From the NCBI GenBank assembly GCA_013239625.1, contig MU053629.1, forward strand, positions 1,887,567 to 1,951,566: a stretch of DNA of 64,000 nt, given 5' to 3'. The notes beneath the pieces are model-generated. The model did not search any database, was not told the origin of the DNA, and was given only the letters and a program-made list of their open reading frames with translations. The DNA comes from Lama guanicoe (lineage: Eukaryota). Numbering within the stretch: position 1 is the stretch's first letter; every line of letters begins with the position of its first letter. Below, piece after piece: positions 52,037 through 64,000 of this stretch. Position numbers and translations under genes: made by a program.

Positions 52037-55000
52037 TTGTCCTATTTATAAAATAGGCCCAAAGGAAGGAGAGTCCACAGCCTCTCTCAATAATTCATGC
52101 TGTTCTTTAATAAGTTTCATGATTTGGAGGGTCTTTACATGCAATTTAAGTCTCCACTACTGAAATTTTAGCCGATTTCTCCTATGTCCTCAATAACAAA
52201 GTAAGACAGCTCCCGAATAACCTGTGAGCACTCTAACAGCTGTCTCCAAAGAAGACAGCTATAAAATCATTTCTTAGACTTCCTACATCCAGGAAGAGTA
52301 ATTTCAATTTTTTTAACCTTTCCTGACTGGTCTTATTTTTCAGTTCTTCGATCATCTTTGACGGCTATTCCTGAATCCACTTGAAGTTTTCTGTATTTTT
52401 CTTAAGATATAGAATCCCCAAATCACAGAGTTTCAGAACTTTCTTTAAAGTTATCTAGTCTATTCCTTTGCTTCTAGGAATGTTTTATCTAAATCAATTC
52501 AGGAAGACTGGAAAATGTCAGATCCCTAAGGAGCTCTATGAAAAACTTATACCATTCTTTGATTGCAAAATCAGCAAACATCAGAGTTGGACTTCAAGTT
52601 TCTCAAGATTCTTACAGTTCAAAAAATGTAACTAAGACCAAATATACTGTAGAGTCATTTTCTTATTCATTTATCTCTTCAGATAGAGAGGAATCACTCT
52701 TAAAAGAGTCTCCATTTGGTTTTAGATCTTTTACTATATCACCATTAAAGTAGCCAATTTCAGAACTTTTCTTTCAGCAAAATCACTAATAATTCACAAG
52801 AAACCAAAATAAACAGTGACAACAAATTAATAAGAAACCAGAGGTTGATCTAAACACTAAAAAGAGGAGTGTTCTTTCTAAAGAAATAGTCTTGGATTCT
52901 GACAAACCACAAAAGCCAATTAAAAAACCACCCCACAGATCCTTTTTCAAATGTAATACTCTCAAACTTCACACTGGAAACATCAATAAGAAATAGTCAA
53001 TGTGATCTTGAGTAAACAGGTGAACAGATTAAAAAAAGCAAAAATTCTTTCACGTTATAGGGCTGAAGTGGGTGTACACATTGCATATATTCAGACATGA
53101 GGGGCTTTTCATCACAGATGGAAAGACTTACATCCTTCAGCACACGGTAGTAGCTTGTTCAGCCAACTGGAGCTTCAAGAGCTCTTCCAGAAGCACTGTG
53201 TATAAAGGACACTGCAAACACTCAGTCTACAGACTGAAAGGCAGCATGGAGAGAAAATTTCTTTAACAACTATTAGAAAGTATCTGTCAAGACGAACCCT
53301 AGAAATCTCCATGATGGGGTAAAGGAGGGGTTCATTATACTATTCTGTTTACATTGTATCTGATTAAAAAAAAATGTTCCTAGAAACCCAAGAAGTAAGA
53401 ACCCACAGCGAAGATCAAAACAAAGTAGAACTGAAACAGTACCAGCACGGCCTCCTTGTATTTCTGTGCCAGACGCTGATTACACTGCCACAGAGGACTG
53501 GCCATTTGCCAGAATCACGGTTATTCTGGAGCACACATGCCTGACTGAAATCCTAAACCGACAGCAGACGGCTACCTTGTAGGACTGCGATGCTTAAGGC
53601 AAACTGTGCCGTTCCAATGAGAAGAGCTCAATTACTGCCATCATATCTCCCACAGAGAATACAGCTTCACAGCAAGAGAGGAGGCCCAGAGACAAGACTG
53701 TCAGCCTCTAAAAAGCTTTTATTTAAGATTTATTTCAAAGAGAAATGAGGTACCGAGAAACACCACACTAGATAACATGAAGTCTATTTTTTGCTTTAAC
53801 TCTTGGTCATACAAAGAATAAAACTTTAATAAAATGTAAGTGAAATGCAGGAGTCAGTCAGGTCAGTAATACGTTATGCAAGCTTATTTAAATAGGTCAA
53901 CTAGTATGATCCTGGCTGGAGGAATCTAAATAGATTGCCCCTAACAGAAAGCCTCAAAAGAAGTCCTGTAAATAAACAGACAATTACAAATACATAGTAT
54001 TGAGGCAATATTTTAAAGTGTTTTAGAAACTGCTTCTTCCTATTACTAGTCCCAAAGAATCAAAATTATTCCAACTTACCAAAATAATAAAACAGAAAGT
54101 ATAAAAAAGCAGATGAACTAGAGAACACGTTTATAGAATAATCAAATTCCTATAAATAAAACTATATGATTAATCCTTTAATATTCACTCTGAGAAAAAT
54201 ATTTGGTCTGCACTGTTACGTGCATTCTCTCTCTTCCCGCTCCCATTTCTCCAACAAGAGCTCCCAGTCAACAACAACAAAAAAAGAAAAGAGTTGGTTC
54301 ATTAGCAGTTACCTGCTTTAATGCCTGCTCCCTGTCTACCTCTCTGTAGAGAAACGAATCTGATGTGTGTCAGTTCTCCACAAGACAACTCTAACTCCTC
54401 CACAGACAGACAAGCTTATGAGAGGAAAGGACTAACCACAGAGCAGGTGGGGATGAGGTAGGTGCAATTCATTAGAAAAGAACAGCAATTATCACAAGAT
54501 GCTTCCTTCAACTATTAACTCCTCTGCCTTTCGATTAATAAAGCTCCAAACTACCTCCAGACTCTGGAAAACTTACTTACATACGACATTCATACAGTTT
54601 CATTAGAAACTAGTCAAAGGAAGCATTTCATATGGCTAGAATGGTTTTGTATCAACCTTAAAGAATTGTTTCTTCTAACACTACTAATCCTCAAACAAAC
54701 AGAATTAGTCTTTCCTAATAGGATGTTATTTTCAATGACTAGGTTAGTTATTCACAAGATCAGCACTGACAAAACCAATTGACTCTGCTTCAAATATGAC
54801 CTCATGATGTATTTTCCACATTTGACAGCTTTTTAAGGCAATGATTAGATGATCAGATTTGGTTCTCTACTGCTAAGTATATTAATAAATACCTTACATT
54901 TTAAAAATGAATCATATTCAAGAAGAAGGAAATAATAAAAAAAAGCACTGTGAAATGTAGAAAATACAAAGAAATTATAGGAAAACTGTTTTCCTTCCAG

Positions 55001-55272
55001 CTATTTTTTTAATTAACTATTTTTTGATTCATCATTGCTAACCCTATAGTTAGCATCTTCTAACTATATAGTGTGATATAGTATTCAGTGATTCACCACT
55101 GTAACACTATATATATATATTTTTTTCTTTGAAGGAAATGACTCTGTGGGATCTTATGCAAGGGGAAAAAAAACATTAGTATTTTGTGAAGGCTTACAAC
55201 TATTTCCTGTAAAAAGACATGTGAAGGATAAGAGCACCAAACATAATTACCACAAATATAGATTCTACTCAC

Positions 55273-55313
55273 CAGTTTGATAGCTACATATTCATTGGTG
55301 TAGAGATTTTTAC
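55273..55313 (-). CDS. CSNK1G1: CSNK1G1 coding exon (human exon 3), 41 nt: (G)KNLYTNEYVAIKL
   Basis: cccctag|GTAAAAAT...AAACTG|gtgagt; contains the catalytic VAIK lysine. Confidence 0.95.
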
Positions 55314-56599
55314 CTAGGGGAAAAGCAGAATGTATATGTTTTAGTGACATTTATTCTGGGAAATGCAAAGCAAAATCTTAGCTCACAGGGTCATGAGAAA
55401 AGGTCAAATTCCCAATGCGGTTCACGTATATGAAACATGATTTATAAGTGAAAGCTAAACAGAGATAATGAGATCCAGCAAGATGAGAACAAAACCAGCC
55501 TGAGAATTTGGAAATTTAAGTTAGACATGGGAATTTGTTATTTTAAAGAAAACAAATCTCTCTTTCTCTGTCACACACACATTTTGTTATTTAATATTTC
55601 CCAACTATTAAGCCATGAAGCAACCCAAGCAAAAGAAATGCCAGAATTTCAAAGATACAGAGACTTTAACTCTTGACACAATAAATATAAACTCTCATTT
55701 TTCTAACTCACTGACAAATAAGGCTTTTGTGGTTTGTGTCACAGTATTCAGTGTCAACGATAATGAAAAAAAAAAAACACCACATTTTGGGAACAAAAAG
55801 CTGCTGGTAATATTGGTTATTTACAACAGAAAGCCCTTTGCAAACTATACCATTATACTTTTAATATTATTATCAGTTTGCCCAGTACCTTTATGCATAG
55901 AAAAGTACACTAATTTAGGAATAACTTCTGTATGCAAATAACATTAACAAAGAGGACTCAGAGGTTGCCAAACACCTAAGAAGCCATTATAAGAGGAAAA
56001 ACTAATTTTTCAAAGGAGCAAAAGTAGAAAACAGGCATTTTTCTCTCTATATTAGTTGCACTATGCTTCTAAAAGTTAATTTGTGTTTCTGACTAACGTT
56101 CCTACCAAAAACATTTTTTTAAAATATTATTTGATGAAATTGTGAAAAGGATACCAGTAATTGGGAGAGGAATAGATGAGGTAGTGACAGCAAACTCCAA
56201 GGCAGACTAAAACTCTATCTTGGCCACAGACCTCTTCCACACCAGATGGGATGCTGCACAAAGATGTTTCAGGAGACCCCTTCCTGGCACTGTGTAAGCA
56301 CTACTGTTGTGACCTAAAACCAACTTTAGCAAAGGGCTGACCCTAAAAACTTCATACTGCTTAGAGGAAAATGGTCAGGTTTAAGATTGTAAATGTGTTT
56401 AGGGGGTCTTTCTGAGTTGGAGACACCCGCTATTTTAGCAATAAGAATTACTGGGGGATAGAGAATTAGAGGCACCAAAGCTCACCCCTTTCTCATTTAC
56501 AGAACAATATGCCTTAAAATGCTTTGTTAAAGAACTAACTTAATATTTGTAGCATACGCTTACAGTAACAGATCTTTAATTCAAATAGATCACAACCTT

Positions 56600-56636
56600 T
56601 TTTTTTAATTGCAGTATAGTCAGTTTACAATGCTGT
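56600..56636 (-). mobile_element. 37-bp L1 3'-terminal insertion
   Basis: Perfect 17-bp TSD AAATAGATCACAACCTT (56583-56599 / 56637-56653). Confidence 0.85.
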
Positions 56637-57322
56637 AAATAGATCACAACCTTATAAGTGAAGTGAGGTGGTAGTATCAGTGCAAGCAGAGTAATAAACC
56701 TGGATTCTGATCTGTGAGCAAGAAAAGAGACAGGGCAATCACAGGAGTCTCAGGAGGGACATACTCTCCTTTCATTCTTCCTCCAACCACATACTAACAG
56801 GGTCTGAAAAGATGAGTAGACTTTGAACAGTTGAAGAAGGGAGAAAGGCATCCCAGGGAGAAGAAACTGTATGAGCAAAACAATAAAAAATAAGAAAACA
56901 GATAATACAGGCTGAGAATGGTGGGTCGTCTGGAGGTTAACGGGCTAGAAGTTGAACCATGAGAATCAGAAAGGGGTAGGGATGGGCAAGGAGTGGTTAG
57001 GGCAGCGAAAGAGACTAGAAAAGTAGAGTCCATATTAGGAAAGTTCTCAAAGCCGTCATTAAAGTTTAAAATGAAAAGTTCTGGAGTAGGGTAGTGACAT
57101 GATCAGATCTGTGATTTAGAGGCGGTATAAAGGATTACTGAGAGACGAGAGATGGGGGAAAGTATTTGAGTATTTAACATCCACCATGCACAGTTACCAG
57201 ACATCTAAGATGAGTAACACTCAGTTATCACCCTTCATAGACTGTATTCTAGATCCTCACACATGGCCTTGCACATGGTGGCTCAAAGTTTGTTAAATAA
57301 ACCACATAACTTGGTAAGTGTT

Positions 57323-58787
57323 TTTTTTTTAACATTTTTTATTGATTTATAATCATTTTACAATGTTGTGTCAAATTCCAGTGTTCAGCACAATTTTTCA
57401 GTCATACATGTACAAATACACACTCATTGTCACATTTTTTTCTCTGTGATTTATCATAACATTTTGTGTATATTTCCCTGTGCTATACAGTGTAATCTTG
57501 TTTATCTATTCTACAATTTTGAAATCCCAGTCTATCCCTTCCCACCCTCTACCCCCCCCCCGGTAACCACAAGTCTGTATTCTCTGTCCATGAGTCTATT
57601 TCTGTCCTGTATTTATGCTTTGTTTTTGTTTGTTTGTTTTTGTTTTTGTTTTTGTTTTTTAGATTCCATATATGAGCGATCTCATATGGTATTTTTCTTT
57701 CTCTTTCTGGCTTACTTCATTTAAAATGACATTCTCCAGGAACATCTATGTTGCGGCAAATGGCATTATGTTGTCAGTTTTTATGGCTGATAGTATTCCA
57801 TTGTATAAATATACCACATCTTCTTTATCCAGTCACCTGTTGATGGACATTTAGGCTGTTTCCATGTTTTGGCTATTGTAAATAGTGCTGCTATGAACAT
57901 TGGGGTGCAGGTGTCATCCTGAAGTAGATTTCCTTCTGGATACAAGCCCAGGAGTGGGATTCCTGGGTCATATGGTAAGTCTATTCCTAGTCTTTTGAGG
58001 AATCTCCACACTGTTTTCCATAGTGGCTGCACCAAACTGCATTCCCACCAGCAGTGTAGGAGGGTTCCCCTTTCTCCACAGCCTCTCCAGCATTTGTCAT
58101 TTTTGGATTTTTGAATGACGGCCATTCTGACTGGTGTGAGGTGATACCTCATTGTAGTTTTGATTTGCATTTCTCTGATAATTAGTGATATTGAGCATTT
58201 TTTCATGTGCTTTTTGATCATTTGTATGTCTTCCTTGGAGAATTGCTTGTTTAGGTCTTCTGCCCATTTTTGGATTGGGTTGTTTATTTTTTTCTTATTG
58301 AGTCGTATGAGCTGCTTACATATTCTGGAGATCAAGCCTTTGTCGGTTTCACTTGCAAAAATTTTCTCCCATTCCGTAGGTTTTCTTCTTGTTTTATTTC
58401 TGGTTTCCTTTGCTCTGCAGAAGCTTGTAAGTTTCATTAGGTCCCATTTGTTTATTCTTGCTTTTATTTCTTCTAGGAGAAAATTTTTGAAATGTATGTC
58501 AGATAATGTTTTGCCTATGTTTTCCTCTAGGAGGTTTATTGTATCTTGTCTTATGTTTAAGTCTTTAATCCATTTTGAGTTGATTTTTGTATATGGTGTA
58601 AGGGTGTGTTCTAGCTTCATTGTTTTACATGCTGCTGTCCAGTTTTCCCAACACCATTTGCTGAAGAGACTGTCTTTATTCCATTGTATATTCTTGCCTC
58701 CTTTGTCGAAGATGAGTTTGACCAAAAGTTTGTGGGTTCATTTCTGGGCTCTCTATTCTGTTCCATTGGTCTATATGTCTGTTTTGG
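57323..58787 (-). mobile_element. Young 5'-truncated LINE-1 (ORF2 C-terminus + 3'UTR + poly(A))
   Basis: 314-aa ORF 57781..58725 with the CX3CX7HX4C motif ([18 protein letters not shown]); perfect 14-bp TSD ACTTGGTAAGTGTT (57309-57322 / 58788-58801). Confidence 0.95.
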
Positions 58788-59041
58788 ACTTGGTAAGTGT
58801 TAAAAGAGGAATATGAACAAGTCAGCAGAGGAGCTTAGAAGAGGGAGGGTAAAGCATTTGGACCCAAGTGGCACATGAGGTGAGCCTGGGAGGATGAACA
58901 GGAGAGAATAAGGGCATTTCTTACAACTGAACATTGAGCTGGAGAAATGACAGAAAATGCAGACAATGTGATAAACTGTGAGTGGACCGATATGAAAGAA
59001 GCACAAAATACACAGGTGAGAATGATGAGAAATGAAGCCAG

Positions 59042-59497
59042 CGCTTTCAGCCATCCTAGAGCCTGTGGAGGCCTGCTGGGAACAGGTCTTCTAAAACAAC
59101 AAAATGTCTAGGAGGCTGTGGTCCAAGGCCCATTTTTGCTGGCTATAAGTGAGGTCTCTGGAACCAGAGGGAGCACATAGCTCTTCTTAAAACTGAAGGT
59201 GTTTATGCTCAAGATGAAACTGAATTCTATCCAGGCAAGAGATGTGCGTATGTGCACAAAGCAAAGAAAAATACAGTAACTCCTGGTGGAAAACTGAACA
59301 AAACCAGAGTAACATGGGGAAAGGTAACTCGCGTTCATGGAAACAGTGGCGTGGTTCATGCCAAATTTCAAAGCAACCTTCCCCCTAAGGCCACTGAACA
59401 CAGAATCTGTGATGCTGTGCCCCTCAAGGATTTAAACTTACTGAAAAGTAAATAAATAAAAATGTGGGTCTGTTCTCTTGTTTAAAAAAAAAAAAAG
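59042..59497 (+). pseudogene. RPL35A: Processed pseudogene of 60S ribosomal protein L35a (eL33), antisense to host
   Basis: Intronless CDS remnant 59104-59435 (MSRRLWSKA...[26 protein letters not shown]...PSRI*) with a +1 frameshift, an internal TGA and a -2 frameshift; 5'UTR, AATAAA and poly(A) present; 13-bp TSD GAAATGAAGCCAG (59029-59041 / 59498-59510). Confidence 0.95.
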
Positions 59498-61449
59498 GAA
59501 ATGAAGCCAGAAAAATCCAACACATACAGGGTGTGAATAACCTTGGATGCCAGCTTCTTATTCTGAGGTACTTTCCTAAATCCTCATCTTTTTTTTTGAA
59601 GATTTGGGAAGATCTTTTTTTACAGTAAAACAAACTTGCTAATTATAGAAACTGTGCATCATTTCCTTTGAAGAAAAAAATTCAAGAGTTCAAAGAAATC
59701 CCAGGCACCTACCTATGGATCTGCTTCTTCCAGAGTCTAGGGCATCTCACCAATCAGTAATCTTTTCCTCCCCTTCCCTGTGCTCAGCTGGGCAGCCCAC
59801 TTCTCACAGTGCAGTTCAGTGAACTCCTGTGAAGGTGGGTAAGGTAGCTGCCAGGTGATGCCAGGGAAGGAGGGGATTCAGCAGTCCAACTACTTCATAT
59901 ATAGACTTGCAACTAATCTTCCTGTTTTTAGCTCCTCCTGTATCCTAGCTTTCTGAAATACTAGAGTCTCTAATTTTTGAACTTATCTGGTGTATTTTTT
60001 GTTACAAACTGGCCTATCTTTTTCATCATTCAGCTTTCTCTGGACTGCCCCATCAGTTACCACTTAACTGCTGCTGCTTTCTAGCTTCCAAAATTTTGTT
60101 AAAATTTCTCATCTATTTTTATCTTCTCTCCCATTCTTTTGGTTCCTTGTGGTTTTTATCACTTTAAAAAAAATCCCTTTTCTAAATATACTTCTAAAAC
60201 TGAGGCAACACACCCGGTTCCATAAACTTCCACATATATTATTATTAATTATGCACATAGCTTTTTACTTCTCCTAGGCAGTGAATGGCCTAAGGACAAG
60301 AATGTTCAACTCAACTTTTTACCTCTAACAACAAACATCGTATTTACTATGTAGTAGGTAACAACACTTGCTGAAGTGAACCAAATTGACTGATATACTG
60401 AGAAGGTTCTTCTGATGAAGTTCTAGGGCAATTAAAAAAAAGAAAGCTAGTTTAGAATCAGATTATGGATGATGCTAAATGTAATATAGGAGTTTTGACT
60501 TCATTATTCAGCTTGCTGTGAAACCACCAAAGGTCTTGTAATAAAAGAAAAAGAATAATGGTGAAGGTTGTATTTTAAAAATATCAATCTGGATCCAATG
60601 TATAAGATAAAAGACAGGAGAATACCTTTGAAGAAGAAGAAAAGGAAGTTTTTATAGCAGAACATTTAAAGAATGACATCTACCACACCATGTGGTTATG
60701 AGGATTACATCAGTCAGAATATGTGAAAGTACTTTGTAAACTGCAAAGTGCCAGATGAACCTAACTTTTATTACTTCTATTATTACTGCAGGAAGGATGC
60801 AATAATTCCTGGAAGATAACTTAAAAATAATATTTATAATAAGGTATTTAGAAGAAAAAACTAACAACCTTTGGATTACTTATAAGCATGAAGGAAAAGG
60901 AAAAGAGAAGGGTTAAAGATGAAGCTCTAATTAGTGGAGAACAGAAGGAAGACCAGGAGAGCAGGCAATGATCATCCACCTTCCTCCAAGCTCTCACTAA
61001 ACCTAAAAGTAGTACACAAATTATGAAACGCCTTTCAGCTTCAATTTTTGTATCTGGATGGAAGAATAAAACCACAGAAGTATAATAAATGAGACAGCCT
61101 ATGTAACGCCAAACATGATGTCTGATCCGTCACAGAGTGCTAGCTTGCTTGTATTTACTTACTTTCTCTCCTTACTTTCCAAAAAGTGAACACATGGCAA
61201 CCTCTACAAAGCAATTATCCTTATTCCTCAGAGGCCCTGGAGGTGACTAGATAATTCTCCTGAGCTATGTTCAAATGAATTCCTTTGCCAGGGGGCATCA
61301 TTAAGACTGAAGAGGTCAACACAAAACACAGTCATGTGGAAGGCTAGACAATCACTCAGCCACTAGCCTCGGTGATATACAAAATTTTTGCTCTGGAAGA
61401 ATTTAATAACAAAGATAGAGGGTTAAAATCCTCCCATTTAAAGTGAACG

Positions 61450-61630
61450 GAATTAAGAGGAGCTTCATGATGGTGGAGTAGAAAGACACGGAGCTCACCT
61501 CTCTCCACAAATACATCAAAAATATATCTACATGGGGAATAACTCCCACAGAATATCCACTGAACTCTGGCATAAAGTCTTATACAAATAAAGCCACAAG
61601 AAAAATCTCCATATAAACAGAAGAAAAAAA
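61450..61630 (+). mobile_element. Isolated L1 5'-UTR start fragment
   Basis: catgatggtggagtagaaagacacggagctcacctctctccacaaatacatcaaaaata resembles L1 5' ends (caagatggcgg YY1-type start). Confidence 0.6.
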
Positions 61631-62649
61631 TAAAATGAATGACTGCTTCTGCTAAAAAAATATATATATATATATGTATATATGAATGATGTAACATTAA
61701 CTGTGAGAAAGGCAGACAGTTGAATGAACAGAAAAATACCACTGATGAGATGGCATAACCCCATACTCCCAAACATTTTAGTATCTGTTGCACAAAATCC
61801 ACAATGCTTCCCAAGGTCACTTCCTGGCTGTGGGTTCTTTTATTGTTAATGGTAAAGAAACCGCATTACACAGTAGTTTTTGGAGCTTAAAGCTAAACTC
61901 AGTCCTTTTGAAGCAGCTGCCCTAGATGTGAAGCTACCCATAAAACCCACTGCATGCAGACTTCCTGTCTCAGTAAATTGCCTACAGAGACAACATTTAC
62001 CGAAAGCTTCATCAGACAGCATTACTTCAAAGAACCAGCAGGTCTCAGTTCTCAGAGTCACGCTGATAAAGGAACACACAAACCTCAGGTTCCCAGTTTA
62101 GATTTCCAGCTGTCACATTTTCTTATCCTAAACTCAAAGTAGTACATTTACAAATTACAACCTAGAACTAGTTAAAAAAAAAAAATCCAGCCAAATGAAT
62201 TAGAGGCAAATAGTAGTGAAAACAAGAAACCACTTTTCAGATTGGTTACCATGTCTCTTTAGGGAAAAGAGGCTGGCCTATTGTCTCCACCACCCAGACA
62301 GCATCTCTTGAATGTCAGGGGTAAAAAGATAATTAACACTACAACTTTCAAGAAAAAAGCCAGAGGTCTTTTTCATTTTTACTAACTTAATTCTACTAGT
62401 GTATTAGTATACTATGCAGAAACATTTCCCAAATGTCAACAGCAAGGACGATTCCTTCTTGTGCCAAGTTTTTTGAAGAGAATATTTACAAAAACCAGTA
62501 ACTAGTTTATTATAAAAAAAACTTCTAAAATCTTGTTTAACATTACTGGTAATGATGAGGGCATGTTTCCTATTAATATGGTAACTCATGTCTATTTTAG
62601 ACAATGTTAAAATGTTTTCCAGGCCTCTCTCGCTCCCTTATCCTTGATT

Positions 62650-63900
62650 CATTTCTTTCATTCATGGCCAAATAACACCACATTTTGTTTATCTGTTAAT
62701 CAGGTGATGGACATTTGGTTTGTTTCCACTGTTTAGCTATGAACAATGCTGCTATGAATATTCACATATGTTTTTGTGTGAATATATGTTTTCTCTTGAG
62801 TATATGCCTAGGAGTGGAACTGCTACAACAAATGGTAACTCTTACATCTAACTTTTGGAGGAACTGTCAGACTGTTTCCAAAGTGGCTGGACCATTTTAC
62901 ATTCCCTTCAGCAGCATATGAGGTCTCTGATTTCTACACATCCTCACCAGTCAACACTTATTATCTGTTTGATTCTAGCCATCCTAGTAGGTACAATGTG
63001 GTATTTCACTGTAATTTTGATTTGCATTTCCCCAGTGAATGATGATGCTGAGCATCATTTCATATGCTTAATGGACATTCCTACGTCATCTCTAGAGAAA
63101 TGTCTATTCAAATCCTTTGCCCATTCTGAAATGGGGTTGTTGTTGTTTTGTTTTTAATGAAGTAGAGTCAGTTTACAATGTTGTGTCAATTTCTGGTGTA
63201 CAGCGCAATACTTTAGTCATATAGGAACATACATATATTTGTTTTCATATTCCTCTTCACCAAAAGCTACAAGATATTCAATATAGTTCCCTGTGCAATG
63301 CAGTATAAACTTACTGTTTAACAGGGGTTGTCTTTTTATTGCTGAGATTAAGGGTTCTTTATATACTTGAAATAATAGTCCCTTATCAGATATGATTTGC
63401 AAATATTTTCTCCCATTACATGGACTGTTTTTTTAATGGTGTCCTTTGCAGTACAAAAATTCTTATTTGACGAAATTTATATATTTTTTATTTTGTTTGT
63501 GCTTTTGGTGTCTGATCTAAGAGTCCACTGCCAAATCTGAAGGCATAAAGGTTCATTTTACCCTTATGTTTTCTTCTAAGAGTTTTATAGTTTGGGCTAT
63601 GTTTGTCAATATTGTTTTGGCTCTTCAGGTCCCCAGCAACTCCATATGAATTTTAGGATCAGACTGTCTTCTTCTACAAAGAAGCCAGCTGGGATTTTGA
63701 CAGGGATTGTGTTGACTCTGTAAACCAATCTGAGGATTACTACCATTTTAACAATATTAAGTCTGATCCCTGAATGTGAATGTCTTTCCATGTATTTGGG
63801 TCTTCTTCAATTCCTTTCAAAAGTGTTCTGTAATTTTCAAAGTATAAATTTTACACTCATTTTTGTTAAATTCATTGTCTTTTTATACTATGGTAAATGG
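62650..63900 (-). mobile_element. Old L1 ORF2 3' region with a nested younger L1 tail (~63141-63320)
   Basis: gatggacatttggtttgtttcc...ttgatttgcatttccc...; nested copy flanked by GGGGTTGT. Confidence 0.85.
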
Positions 63901-64000
63901 AACTGTTTTCTTACTTTCATTTTTGGATTAAACATACTTTTGTATAATAATGATTCAGACCTCCTCTCATGATCCATTCCTAGAAACATAGTATGTCTTT

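Larger units (their letters stand above)
1..64000 (-). other. CSNK1G1: Internal portion of the casein kinase I gamma 1 gene; both ends lie outside the window
   Basis: Spliced exons give a continuous CK1 kinase domain ([34 protein letters not shown]) with gamma1-specific tail sequences ([26 protein letters not shown]). Confidence 0.96.

Noticed and set aside
58160..58816. 218-aa plus-strand ORF
   Set aside because: Antisense shadow of L1 ORF2; not an independent gene.
59252..59455. 67-aa RPL35A-like ORF as a functional gene
   Set aside because: Fragment of a frameshifted retrocopy with a premature stop.

Overview
Mammalian intron-rich DNA, probably from a camelid (alpaca/camel), inferred from five tRNA-derived SINEs of the Vic-1 type. 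The window lies inside the casein kinase 1 gamma 1 gene (CSNK1G1) on the minus strand. I resolved eight consecutive coding exons (human-numbered 3-10, from the VAIK lysine through the kinase domain to ...QPLRNQ), all with GT-AG boundaries and consistent phases. Two alternative C-terminal exons follow, plus a candidate 56-nt stop-containing (poison) cassette. The start exon lies beyond 64000 and the final VVSST/CCC exons beyond position 1. Introns hold a full-length RPL35A processed pseudogene, a young 5'-truncated L1, several small retro-insertions with target-site duplications (TSDs), old MLT/MER/L2/MIR/L3 remnants, and a palindromic 27-bp minisatellite. A 1.7-kb near-identical duplication flanks a 203-N gap and is probably an assembly artefact. 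I see no wholly new biological system. The best leads are the multi-way splicing choice of the CK1gamma1 C-terminus and several atypical L1-mediated retro-insertions. Repeat family names come from recognition, not from a database search.
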